Assembly (NCBI GenBank): GCA_963749495.1
Contig: CAVVMW010000006.1
Coordinates: 576,001-640,000, forward strand
DNA: 64,000 bases
Source of the DNA: an uncultured bacterium
Lineage (GTDB): Bacteria; Verrucomicrobiota; Verrucomicrobiia; Limisphaerales; UBA8199
Reading direction: 5' to 3'
In this document: in pieces, positions 40,272 to 49,609 of the stretch
Layout: the number at the start of each line of letters is the position of its first letter
How positions within the stretch are numbered: the first letter of the stretch is position 1
Notes under the pieces: model-generated
Told to the model about the DNA's origin: nothing
Database searches by the model: none
The model's input: only the letters and a program-made list of their open reading frames with translations
Made by a program: the position numbers and the translations under genes

Positions 40272-40805
40272 ATGCTCTGGGTGAAGCCTTTTCTCCGAGG
40301 TTGGACGTCCACCCTGGTCCCTCTGAAGGCCGAGATCGAGGCGGCGGGGCAGCCGATCAGTGATTCCCCGAAGGCGCTGAAAGCCTTCCGCGAAATCTGG
40401 GCCTTGGCCGTCGAGGAGGGCCGAACCCAGCATGAGGCCATCGCCTCTGATCTGCGCGAGAACGTGAATGCCGTAGCCACAGAAAATGAGCGGTTGGAGG
40501 GGATCGCCCTCGCCGCGCAAAACCGTGCCGCGGAGCTTGAGCAGGCAGTCTCGCGCGCCGAGGCGGCACTCAGCCGCGTCAGAACGAAGCAGGGGCGGGC
40601 GCCCAACCAAAGCCAAACCGCCTTGGAGCAAGCCACCGCCCAAGCGGCACAGGCAGTGCAAACGCTTGCCGAGCTGCAGGCTACTCGGTCCGCCGAACTG
40701 GCAACCCTGCAAAGCGAGCTCGCCAGGGCTGTGGGCAGGGCCCACGAGCTCGAATTGAAATGGGTCCGCGCCCAGGCGCTCCTAGAGGCAAAAGCCACGA
40801 CGTGA
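40272..40805 (+). CDS. Coiled-coil protein (KfrA-like, N-terminus probably decayed)
   Basis: IWALA followed by Ala/Glu/Gln-rich heptads. Confidence 0.45.
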   Translation: MLWVKPFLRGWTSTLVPLKAEIEAAGQPISDSPKALKAFREIWALAVEEGRTQHEAIASDLRENVNAVATENERLEGIALAAQNRAAELEQAVSRAEAALSRVRTKQGRAPNQSQTALEQATAQAAQAVQTLAELQATRSAELATLQSELARAVGRAHELELKWVRAQALLEAKATT

Positions 40806-41023
40806 AACAGGCTTGCCATCCCGGGGGCTGGAGAATTAGTATAAGCCCATGATTTCCAACCACCAGAATACGCGTAATCTTCACCGCCTCAATGATTTGC
40901 GCTGTTTATTCCTTGTTTTCCCCTGGACAGCCTTTGACCAACCCCCGCGGTTAAGATCGCAGCAGTTTATGCATGAATTGACAACCAAACAACCTCCGTG
41001 TCTAAAATGAGCGCGCACAACCT

Positions 41024-44000
41024 ATGCCCGGCAATGGAACAATGGATCTGAAGGCTGAACTCCAGAATTTCGGCGTAAGCAGTCGTAACACCCGGCTGTT
41101 CGGCCAGCACCTGTCCTCAGACCTCCTCGATTATCTCGACTTGCTTCAACCGCGTAGCGGCGACCCGTCCGGCGCGCGTGATGTTCTTCCTGATGGCGTC
41201 GCTGAGAGCCAAGGTCGGCCCCTGCTCTTTTTCGTAAACGAAACTGATCTTGCGCAATCTCCACACGAGCAACAAATCAATGTGCTCCGCCGCAAATTGG
41301 CCTGCCGAGGCGACCGGGCGTATCTCGCCCGAATTCGCCCAGGCGAATTGAGTGTAGTTCCGGTCTCCCTTGAGGAGAGAACGCCTGATTGGAGAGTTTA
41401 TAATTCAGGCACACCTGAGGCGATCACCTTTTTCACTCGGCTCGCTCACGGGCATTACGACGGAGAAGGAGAACCCAACGAGGCTGATTATGTGTTCTCT
41501 GCAATGTTCCGCCTGGTCTGGAGCGTTGCCAACCGCCTCGCAGAGCTGAGGCTGAAGCGTTCCGATGTGCTCTCAGTGATGGGACGCGCTCTCTTTTTTC
41601 GCTTTCTCAAGGACCGTCAAGTCGTTTGCGATAAAGACTCGCCTCGGATTGCCCCAAGAGCTACCGCCATTACAGACTGTTTCACGACTCCCGAGAACAG
41701 TGCCGCCACATCCGCCTGGCTTGATAAAACGTTCAATGGCAATCTTCTTCCTCTCAGCGCCCGGGGCAACACGTCCTATTTCCACGAAGTCGGCCAGCGG
41801 ACGGGGGGCCGTCTGTTTCTTCACCTCAGCGCTATCATCCGCGGTGACGACCCATCCGGGGATTCGGGATATCAAGCCACATTGCCCTTTTATTGGGGCG
41901 CATATGATTTCGCGCACATTCCCATCGGCTTACTAAGTCAGGTTTACGAGCGATTCGCGTGGAAATGGGAGCATCAGAACGCCAAGGAGACAAGTGTCCA
42001 CTACACTCCTCGAAATATCGCCGCAACAATCATAGACGACGCTTTTGCGAAACTTCCAAACGCTGAGAAGTCGCGCATACTCGATCCGGCTTGTGGCGCA
42101 GGAGTATTTCTAGTCCTCGCCTTTCGGCGCCTTTACCGCGAGCACTGGAAACAAACAGGCCAGCGGCCGGATACCAAGGCAATCCGTGCAATTTTGGAAA
42201 AACAACTCGTTGGCTTTGACATTAGCGACTCTGCTCTGAAACTAGCTGCGCTCAGTCTGTACCTCACCGCCATCGAACTTGACCCACAGCCCGTGCCACC
42301 TGAGAAGCTCGGCTTCATTGACCTTCGGGGCTCGGTGCTTTTCAATTTCCGCCGTCACGGCATCGATCCGTCGCAAGGACCGGTTGCCGGCAGTCTTGCG
42401 GACCACGTAGGGAACTCCTTTGACCGCCAATTCGACCTCGTTGTAAGCAATCCGCCCTGGACGCGATTACCAAAAGAGGAAAAGTCTCTGGCCAGACAAT
42501 TCACAGCTCTCAGTAAGGCAATAATCGCTCGGAGAGGTTACCCACTGATAGCCGATGAGTATTGCAATCCGAACCACGTTCCGGATCTCCCCTTTCTTTG
42601 GAAGGCGACAGAGTGGTGCGTTCGGGGCGGCCGCATCGCTCTGGTGCTCCCTGCCCGCACGTTGCTAAAGCAGGAGGACATTCCTCGGAAAGCCCGTGGC
42701 GCTGTATTTGAATTGCTGGAGGTCACTGGGCTATTAAACGGCGCTAACCTCCGCAAAACAGAGGTGTGGCCCGACATGGATCAGCCGTTCATTTTGTTCT
42801 TCGCCAAAAACCATCCCCGCCGCCCTGGACGACTTTTGCGATTAATAACTCCCTACACCGATGTTAATCTGAATGGCATCGGAGAGATCCGCATTGATAC
42901 TGAATCGGCAGATGCTGTTGATCCAGATGCGACAAGATCTCGGCCCTGGCTTTGGAAATGTCTGTCTATTGGGACAACGCTCGATGCGGATGTCGTCTCC
43001 AAAATCGAGGCGTCGGGCCGCAGACCCCTTCTGGACTACTGGAATGACCTCGGCTTTGTCACCAGCACTGGCTATCAAGCGAAACCGCTTCAGGAACAAA
43101 GATCTGCAGAGGCGCTGAAAGTTCTTCCTGACATTCACTCTCCGAAGCTGGAAGCATTAAGCTTACCGCTTCCAACATTCATAGTGGACGCCCAGCGATT
43201 CAACTTGTTTTCGCACGATACGCTCTGCTGGCCCCGAACCAGAACGAAAGGTGACGAGTTGAGGGTGTACCGCGCTCCTCTAGTCTTGGTGCGAGCCGCA
43301 CCGCCCAAAGATCGAGAACTCGGCAGAGCTTTGTTGAGCCTGGACGATGTAGCATACAACGAAAGTTATTATGGCTATTCGTCCGTGCCTACTGAGCAAG
43401 GGGTTTTGGTCGCCCGTTACCTCCACCTGCTCGTTCATTCGAGCATGTGGCTTCATTATGCGCTAGCAACGAGCGCCGAAATCGGCGTTGAACGCCCAAA
43501 GTTTCATAAGAACGATTTAGACAAGTTTCCGGTAGTCCCATTCGCCAGCCTGTCGCATCAGAGACAGAGAGACATGATCGGGCTTTCGACTCGGCTTGTC
43601 GCGGAAGACATGCTGGTTTTTAACGACATCGATTCATTCTTTGCCCAGGTGTATGGGCTGAACCCGTTAGACCTTGAAGTAATCAACGACACGTTAGAAG
43701 TGCGCGACCCAAACGACGAACTTGGGTTGCGCGCTAGCACACGGCCGACGCCGCAAGAGTGTTCACTGTTCCAACACCGCCTGGAGACACTCCTGCGCCC
43801 GTTTTTCCAAGCGATCGGACAGGAGCCACGTGTTGAACTTTGGAGGCCGAATGGGGCCTTTTTTCAGATGGCAGCCCCATTCGGGATGTTGCTGATCTCC
43901 ACGGCCGAAAGTCACATGCGTGCTCCTGATAGACTGTTCTGTGACGTGTTACTCAAACTGGCCGATGACACCGGGTGTACGCAAATTATACAACAAGCCC

Positions 44001-44113
44001 AGTGCGGCATTGTCGTTGGACTTCTGAACCAGTATCGCTATTGGACCCCAAGTCGAGCACGGTTACTTGCCGCGAAAATTGTCCGCGCACATTTTAGTAT
44101 TTTTGAGGGCTAA
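41024..44113 (+). CDS. Large N6-adenine DNA methyltransferase (type I M / IIG-like core plus TRD region)
   Basis: LLSQVYE, HYTP, ILDPACGAGVFL, GFDI, VVSNPPW. Confidence 0.9.
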   Translation: MPGNGTMDLKAELQNFGVSSRNTRLFGQHLSSDLLDYLDLLQPRSGDPSGARDVLPDGVAESQGRPLLFFVNETDLAQSPHEQQINVLRRKLACRGDRAYLARIRPGELSVVPVSLEERTPDWRVYNSGTPEAITFFTRLAHGHYDGEGEPNEADYVFSAMFRLVWSVANRLAELRLKRSDVLSVMGRALFFRFLKDRQVVCDKDSPRIAPRATAITDCFTTPENSAATSAWLDKTFNGNLLPLSARGNTSYFHEVGQRTGGRLFLHLSAIIRGDDPSGDSGYQATLPFYWGAYDFAHIPIGLLSQVYERFAWKWEHQNAKETSVHYTPRNIAATIIDDAFAKLPNAEKSRILDPACGAGVFLVLAFRRLYREHWKQTGQRPDTKAIRAILEKQLVGFDISDSALKLAALSLYLTAIELDPQPVPPEKLGFIDLRGSVLFNFRRHGIDPSQGPVAGSLADHVGNSFDRQFDLVVSNPPWTRLPKEEKSLARQFTALSKAIIARRGYPLIADEYCNPNHVPDLPFLWKATEWCVRGGRIALVLPARTLLKQEDIPRKARGAVFELLEVTGLLNGANLRKTEVWPDMDQPFILFFAKNHPRRPGRLLRLITPYTDVNLNGIGEIRIDTESADAVDPDATRSRPWLWKCLSIGTTLDADVVSKIEASGRRPLLDYWNDLGFVTSTGYQAKPLQEQRSAEALKVLPDIHSPKLEALSLPLPTFIVDAQRFNLFSHDTLCWPRTRTKGDELRVYRAPLVLVRAAPPKDRELGRALLSLDDVAYNESYYGYSSVPTEQGVLVARYLHLLVHSSMWLHYALATSAEIGVERPKFHKNDLDKFPVVPFASLSHQRQRDMIGLSTRLVAEDMLVFNDIDSFFAQVYGLNPLDLEVINDTLEVRDPNDELGLRASTRPTPQECSLFQHRLETLLRPFFQAIGQEPRVELWRPNGAFFQMAAPFGMLLISTAESHMRAPDRLFCDVLLKLADDTGCTQIIQQAQCGIVVGLLNQYRYWTPSRARLLAAKIVRAHFSIFEG

Positions 44114-44116
44114 CCA

Positions 44117-44842
44117 ATGAATCTGGGCATGTTTGACGAGAGAACCGATGTCGTATTCCAACTGCCCCATCCGCCCATTTCGTTGGCGTGCTTTCTTATC
44201 GTCGAATCTGCCTTGTGCACTGCGTGGTTGTTAATGCGTGAGAAGCCGCGAATGCCCTTCGACCTTGATAGTGCAGATGAAGACGGTGTTACTCAAGAGC
44301 TTTATGAGCGACTTTATGATGAGATCTTTGGTCGCGGCGTCGTTCCAGGATTCGATAGCGCACTGTTTGCCTCGGTCCGTAGGGGGCCAAAAATCCGCAA
44401 CTTTGACGGCGCCCACCCCGATAAGATGCCTGACTTGCTTGTGGAATTTGTGGATCGACCGTCAGGGGTTATGAACTCCCAATACGGTTTGTTTATCGAG
44501 TGTAAGCCTATAGACGCGCAGCATTCGCTCACCGTGCATTATTGCATGAAGGGCATATTACGGTTTGTCAAAGGTGACTACGCCTGGGCCATGACCTCTG
44601 CACTCATGGTTGGCTATGCTCGCTCGGGCCACCAACTGTTTCCGGAATTATCGGACGCGCTGCAAACACGCTCTGCTGAGCTTCCAAACTCTAGCCCTGC
44701 GCGTGTATGTGCTCGATCAAAGGCTGGTGTTGCGAACGAAATCGTTTGCATAACCGAGCACGCTCGCACCTTCAACTATATCGAAACTGGCCAAGCCGCG
44801 CCTCTTATCCTGCTTAGGCATCTTTGCTTGAGGCGAGATTGA
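44117..44842 (+). CDS. Hypothetical partner protein with a PD-(D/E)xK-like motif
   Basis: ED..T..L, KMPDL, FIECK, GILRFVKGDYAW, MVGY; 3 bp after the MTase. Confidence 0.65.
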   Translation: MNLGMFDERTDVVFQLPHPPISLACFLIVESALCTAWLLMREKPRMPFDLDSADEDGVTQELYERLYDEIFGRGVVPGFDSALFASVRRGPKIRNFDGAHPDKMPDLLVEFVDRPSGVMNSQYGLFIECKPIDAQHSLTVHYCMKGILRFVKGDYAWAMTSALMVGYARSGHQLFPELSDALQTRSAELPNSSPARVCARSKAGVANEIVCITEHARTFNYIETGQAAPLILLRHLCLRRD

Positions 44843-45132
44843 GTCTTACGCATTCTCCACTTGAGCCTCGCACAAAAGAGATTCTGTCTGAGTGTGATAA
44901 GGGACCTCAGATGTCCTCAAGCGCCCGTTGCATCATCCTGGCAGGCCACATCCCTGGCGGCGGCCTTCTGGAAATCGGATCTGTTGCTGCGGCAAGTGCT
45001 GTGGCCAAAGCTGGGCACGTCCATTGCGTCGTCACGGTCTTCGCGACTCACGACCGACTGTTCAACGTGGAACGCGCAGTGTTGGCGCCGGGTGACACGC
45101 CCGGGGCGTGGGGCCGATCCTGCCATGGGCTT

Positions 45133-45350
45133 TTAAGGCGGCGGCGGGGCGCCGGTGGCCAGGGCGACGGCGGCCTGAGCCACTTTGCGGCTCAGGACCA
45201 AACCTGTGAGCGTGGGGTTGACCGAGCCGACGGTCACAAAGAGGGATTGGTCCGCGCAAAAGGCATTGGTTATGTGGTGAAAGCGGCCATTCGTATCGGG
45301 CACCGAAGTGTTGGGGTTCGTCCCCATCCACAGTGTCCAGCCTCATGGTA
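45133..45350 (-). pseudogene. C-terminal fragment of a GMC oxidoreductase
   Basis: YHEAG/TLWMG..SV.DTNGRFH...D.SLF.T.GSVNPTLT. Confidence 0.7.
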
Positions 45351-45462
45351 CGTTGTGCCCAGGCCGTCCCGATTCTGGCTGGTGATTTGGACGTCATCCA
45401 GGCAGTTCCAACGGGGTCAAGACTACTAACACACTGGCGCTCTCTGGCGTATGGTCCTGGTC

Positions 45463-45558
45463 ATGCCGCGCAGATTACGAGTTCAGTATCCGGGCGCCAT
45501 CTACCTCGTTATGAACCGTGGTGATCGGCGCAAAGCTATCTTCGAAGATGACAGGGAA
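45463..45558 (+). pseudogene. N-terminal fragment of a Y1/RAYT-like transposase
   Basis: MPRRLRVQYPGAIYLVMNRGDRRKAIFEDD; GGGGTCAAGAC 50 bp upstream. Confidence 0.8.
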
Positions 45559-45579
45559 GGTTGGCTTGGAGGTTTGCCC

Positions 45580-46185
45580 TCATTCGGGGCAGGCGTAGTT
45601 GTGAGGTCCGCGCGGATGGGGGAAGGGATGGTGGGGAGGTTTGGGTGGAGCGGGGGTCGGATGGTGGGGAGGTTCGGGTGGAGTGGGGGTCGGATGGTGA
45701 GGAGGTTCGGGTGGAGTGGGGGTCGGATGGTGGGGAGGTTCGGGTGGACCGCGGTGCGAACGGTCATTACTGGCATAACTGCCGGGAACGACCCGGGAAA
45801 CAGCCAGGGCAATCTTGGCCGCGTTGGACGGAGCGGCAGCGACCGCCGCTTCGGCGATAGCCTCCGCCTGCTCGGGGTGGAGTTCAGCGGCTGTTCCGGC
45901 GGCAATTGGAGCCATCTCGGGAACGGCTTTCGAAATACAGTTGACGATGGCACAGACGCTGGCAGGCCTGGCCTCTAACGCGGCCTTGACGACGTTCACT
46001 GTGGTAACGCTCCAATCGCGGGCCTTTGCTTTCTTGACCAGCACGGCCGCTCTTGCCGGCAATTCTGCCGGAGGTACCTGGCTGAGGACCACAGTGTACG
46101 GATTGACTTTTTGAGCGTCAGCGGCGACTCCACTCAGAGGGCCAAGACAAACAAGACCTAACAGAATCATCGCGATTGGTTTCAT
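45580..46185 (-). CDS. Secreted Ala-rich protein with C-terminal PPEPPHHPTPT repeats
   Basis: Signal peptide; 33-bp coding repeat in about four copies. Confidence 0.7.
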   Translation of the reverse strand: MKPIAMILLGLVCLGPLSGVAADAQKVNPYTVVLSQVPPAELPARAAVLVKKAKARDWSVTTVNVVKAALEARPASVCAIVNCISKAVPEMAPIAAGTAAELHPEQAEAIAEAAVAAAPSNAAKIALAVSRVVPGSYASNDRSHRGPPEPPHHPTPTPPEPPHHPTPTPPEPPHHPTPAPPKPPHHPFPHPRGPHNYACPE

Positions 46186-46628
46186 AGCGTTGCCCTATTT
46201 CCAACAGTTGACAGGAAAATGCTGTTTGCCCCGGCGCCGGTCCTTGGCTGGCACAAAGTTGGCGTCACGCCCAAAGCCGAGATCGACACCGGTCCGGTCC
46301 GACAACATCGAGATCCATAGAGCACACTACATGCCAAGCACGATAGTGATGTCCCAGGGCACCTACTTCCAAGGCATTCCGAATGCCATGCAGACCAGTG
46401 GCAGAGTCTTTCAGTCGCGACTTGGGAAATAATCCCCGATGCGATCGGGAACTAATTCCAACTCCGCCGCGACAGACGCCGCGCTGCCTGAGCCTGGAGC
46501 GGACGAAATCTCTGGGCGTTCCTTGGCGGATCAGAATGGGAGTCTTGCGGTGAGACCCTGTGCTGAGTGATTATAAGCCCTTCGGGCTACTGCGTTCAGA
46601 GCGCGATTCTGTCGGCGATCCGTACTTC

Positions 46629-46739
46629 GAGCCGGTTGCAGAAACAACCGCAAAGAACACAAAGAACGCAAAGGCCGAGGGAATTGAGGCGTTTCTTTGT
46701 GATCTCTGCGTTCTTTGCGGTTAGTTTTGCCACCGGCTC
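46629..46739. repeat. MITE-like shell GAGCCGGTTGCAGAAAC..GTTTTGCCACCGGCTC around inverted 9-mer triplets
   Basis: Read directly. Confidence 0.7.
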
Positions 46740-46842
46740 TAAGTGATTGCGATCCCATCGAGATGGAGGCTGGCGCGATCTGTGGAAGCTGCGCCCGCTT
46801 GGCGGTGCAGGCCCTAAGCGCGCAACCGGCACGGGTGATTCA

Positions 46843-46887
46843 TTCCGCACTCCGCACTCCGCATTCCGCACTCCGCGCACTCCGCAC
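46843..46887. repeat. (TCCGCAC)n heptamer array after the ycfL-like stop
   Basis: About six units. Confidence 0.85.
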
Positions 46888-46892
46888 TGGAT

Positions 46893-47309
46893 TTAGCGGG
46901 CCTCGCGGACGCGGAGGGTGTAGCGCATGGCCTGGTTGTTCATCGAGACGAAGGTGACGCCTTGCTGGGCGTTCTCGTCCAGGAAGAGGTTCTGGAAGGG
47001 GGTGCTGTCCAGGACAAACCCCTGGCCGTCTTTGAACTCGCAATTGATCTGGACCTGGATGCGGCGGTTTTCGCGGTTGCGGAGATTGGCAGCGACCTGG
47101 AGGCGGCCGTCGACCAGGCGCTGGGGCTCCAGGCCCGTGCAGGTGACGGATTTCTGGGCACCGTGGTCGAAGAGCACGAAGCTGGAGCTGTTTTCGAGGT
47201 CGTTGACCATGGTGTTTTTGGGGGCGTAAGCGCCGTGGTCGCTGGCGCACCCGGAGAAGAGGGCCAGGACGGGCAGGAGCAGGAGCGAAGTGAAGAGATT
47301 CTTTTTCAT
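46893..47309 (-). CDS. YcfL/DUF1425-family lipoprotein
   Basis: Lipobox FSGC; LRNRENRRIQVQ..EFKD.QG. Confidence 0.75.
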   Translation of the reverse strand: MKKNLFTSLLLLPVLALFSGCASDHGAYAPKNTMVNDLENSSSFVLFDHGAQKSVTCTGLEPQRLVDGRLQVAANLRNRENRRIQVQINCEFKDGQGFVLDSTPFQNLFLDENAQQGVTFVSMNNQAMRYTLRVREAR

Positions 47310-48493
47310 AACTTTTGAGGTGTTGATGACTGGTCGCTGACAAAAATGACTTTGTCCTTGCCATCGGCCGGCACGTCGAAGGAGAGGGTCTTGGCCAGGC
47401 CGGGGATGGGGACGCCGTTGGGGTCGAGGAACTGGACGGTGGCGGTGTGCGGGCCCGGGGGCAGAGGCAGGCAGGCGAAGCTCAAGTAATGGGGCAGGTT
47501 GTCCCAGGCGCGGGTGTCGGCTTGGGGGGTGGCGGCGGAGGAGACGATCTTGCTGATAATGCCGGCGGCGATGAGGCCGGCGCCCACCTCGTTCATGGTG
47601 GAATCGCGGCCGCCCCCGGCCAGCAACGTGCCGGCGCCGCCCAGGATGGCAACGTCCCCGGCCACGTCGGTCGAGGTCTTGAAGACGGCCTTGTTGCCCA
47701 GGATATGGTCCATGACGCGCCCGCCGCGGGTCATGGCCTGGAAGCCAACGTCATCGGTGGGGGAGACGGGGACCTGGAGGGCATCGAGGGTGAGCAGGGC
47801 GGACCTGACGGGTGATGGGGAGACATGGAAGCAGAGCTTCTCCTGGTATTGGCCGGCGGCGTACTTGGCGGGGCCGGGGCCGAATTCGAGGAAGAACAGG
47901 ACATTGTCCTTGGGGTCGTACGGGGGCAGCTTGAGGCCCTTGGCGTTGGCCTGGGCGCGCTTGAAGGCATCCGAGCCGTCGCCGCCGAGCTTGGTTGTGG
48001 CCAGGCCATCCAGGTAATCGGGCAGGACCCAATCGCCGGCGTATTCGTGGTTCTCGGTGTCGCTGTCCTCGACCTCGGCGCTGCGGAAGCAGGCACGGGC
48101 ATTGTCCGGCTCGCCATCCATCCAATAGAGGATGCCGCGATAGATATAGGCCATGGACCGCTCGTAAGGCTCCCCGATGAAGGTCTTTTTGGCCTCGGCG
48201 TGGAAGTAGCCGCGGGCCTTGCGCGCGTTGGGGTCGGGGCCAAAGATGCCCTGGAGGCGCGTCAGAGAGTCGTCGAGGTATTGCTTGGCCAGGTCGAACT
48301 TGCCCTGGCGCATGGCGGCGGCGGCGGTGCGGTATTGCCAGAGCAACTTGTCGCGCGGCGGGCCAAATTTAATGGCCTCGGGACCATCGGCCATGATGTT
48401 GCCAGTCAGGACCACCGGGTGCGCGGGTTCAGTGGCGCATCCGGCCAGCGCCAGGCACGCCGAGGCCAGGGCGAACCAGGAGAACGGCTTCAT
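47306..48493 (-). CDS. TPR-like lipoprotein (COG3014-like)
   Basis: Lipobox LAGC; FIGEPYERSMA, NARACFR, ADTRAWDNLP. Confidence 0.7.
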   Translation of the reverse strand: MKPFSWFALASACLALAGCATEPAHPVVLTGNIMADGPEAIKFGPPRDKLLWQYRTAAAAMRQGKFDLAKQYLDDSLTRLQGIFGPDPNARKARGYFHAEAKKTFIGEPYERSMAYIYRGILYWMDGEPDNARACFRSAEVEDSDTENHEYAGDWVLPDYLDGLATTKLGGDGSDAFKRAQANAKGLKLPPYDPKDNVLFFLEFGPGPAKYAAGQYQEKLCFHVSPSPVRSALLTLDALQVPVSPTDDVGFQAMTRGGRVMDHILGNKAVFKTSTDVAGDVAILGGAGTLLAGGGRDSTMNEVGAGLIAAGIISKIVSSAATPQADTRAWDNLPHYLSFACLPLPPGPHTATVQFLDPNGVPIPGLAKTLSFDVPADGKDKVIFVSDQSSTPQKL

Positions 48494-48601
48494 TCTAACG
48501 ATAAGATGGGCAGACACGGTTGGTTTAGCGATGGGCGGTATCCGCCGAAACACAATAGCCAATAGCCAATAGCCAACGCGCCAGGTTTCGAGCCGGCCGG
48601 T

Positions 48602-49228
48602 TTAGCGATAGGCCGCATCCTCCAGGCCCTGCTTCTTGATTCCCTTCTGGTCCATCCAGACCTTCTCGCTGGTGCGCGCGTCAATCAGCTCGAAAGAATA
48701 GAGCACATAATCGCTGGTGCCCGCCCCGGTGCGTGTGGTCATGCTCTGCAACTTGCCGGTGAGGATGAAATCGGCGCCCTTGAACTCGACGGGACGCGGG
48801 TCGGCGCTGGCGGTGACCTGGCCGTTGAGCTTGAGCTGGCGCTCCCTCTCCAGGGCCGCCATCCGCTCGCGCGCCAGGAAGATCACCTTGCCCATGGCCT
48901 TGCTGGTCAACTGGCCCTCGATGCGCGTCAGGAAGATCTCCTTATTGATGGGGAAGCGCGTCTCGTTGATGACCGGGTCCAGAACGATGTGCGGCACACC
49001 CTGGGCATTGGCGATTTCCGGTCTCGCGAGGATGCTCCGGGCCATGTAGTCGGTTACCGTCTCCAGGTCCTGGGATTCGATGCCGGTGCCGGCGACAAAA
49101 CCCCGCTCGTCGGCCCGCATCTCAGTCACCGGAACCCCGGACGGGTTGCGCACGCCGGAGGCGCAACCTGAGAGAACCCCGGCCACGGCCAGGGCTGTGA
49201 GAGGAGTGCGATATTTGGAGAGGTCCAT
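48602..49228 (-). CDS. LpoB/CsgG-like lipoprotein
   Basis: Lipobox LSGC; ESQDL, GADFILTG, Y.LYSFELID..T.E.VW. Confidence 0.75.
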   Translation of the reverse strand: MDLSKYRTPLTALAVAGVLSGCASGVRNPSGVPVTEMRADERGFVAGTGIESQDLETVTDYMARSILARPEIANAQGVPHIVLDPVINETRFPINKEIFLTRIEGQLTSKAMGKVIFLARERMAALERERQLKLNGQVTASADPRPVEFKGADFILTGKLQSMTTRTGAGTSDYVLYSFELIDARTSEKVWMDQKGIKKQGLEDAAYR

Positions 49229-49609
49229 ATTTATATCAATTGCTGTATTCTAAATCGGTTCAGTGTGATTCCACGCCTTTGCTTTGACGTTCCAGTGCCG
49301 GCTTTATTCGCCGCGCACTCAGCCACAGGGAGCAATCTGGAGGAACCGGGGAGGGTACGCAACCAAAAAACGGGCGGAGCAAAATCATTTGACTTCCGGA
49401 AAGAGGCAGAATCATTGGTGGCAAAATCATGGGAAGAGAGGCCTGCCCGGCTCAAAGGTCATGGGTTTTCGGGCGCACTGGCTTGAAGGCAGAAAGATGG
49501 GGGCAGAAAGATGAATTCAATCCATCTTTCTGCCCCCATTTTTCTGCCTCATGCCTTCGCATCAACCTTCGCATCAATCCATCAATCCATCAATCCATCT
49601 TTAGGCGCG

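Noticed and set aside
41024..44113. BREX PglX, DISARM or complete type I R-M
   Set aside because: No pglZ/brxC, drm, hsdR or hsdS genes nearby.
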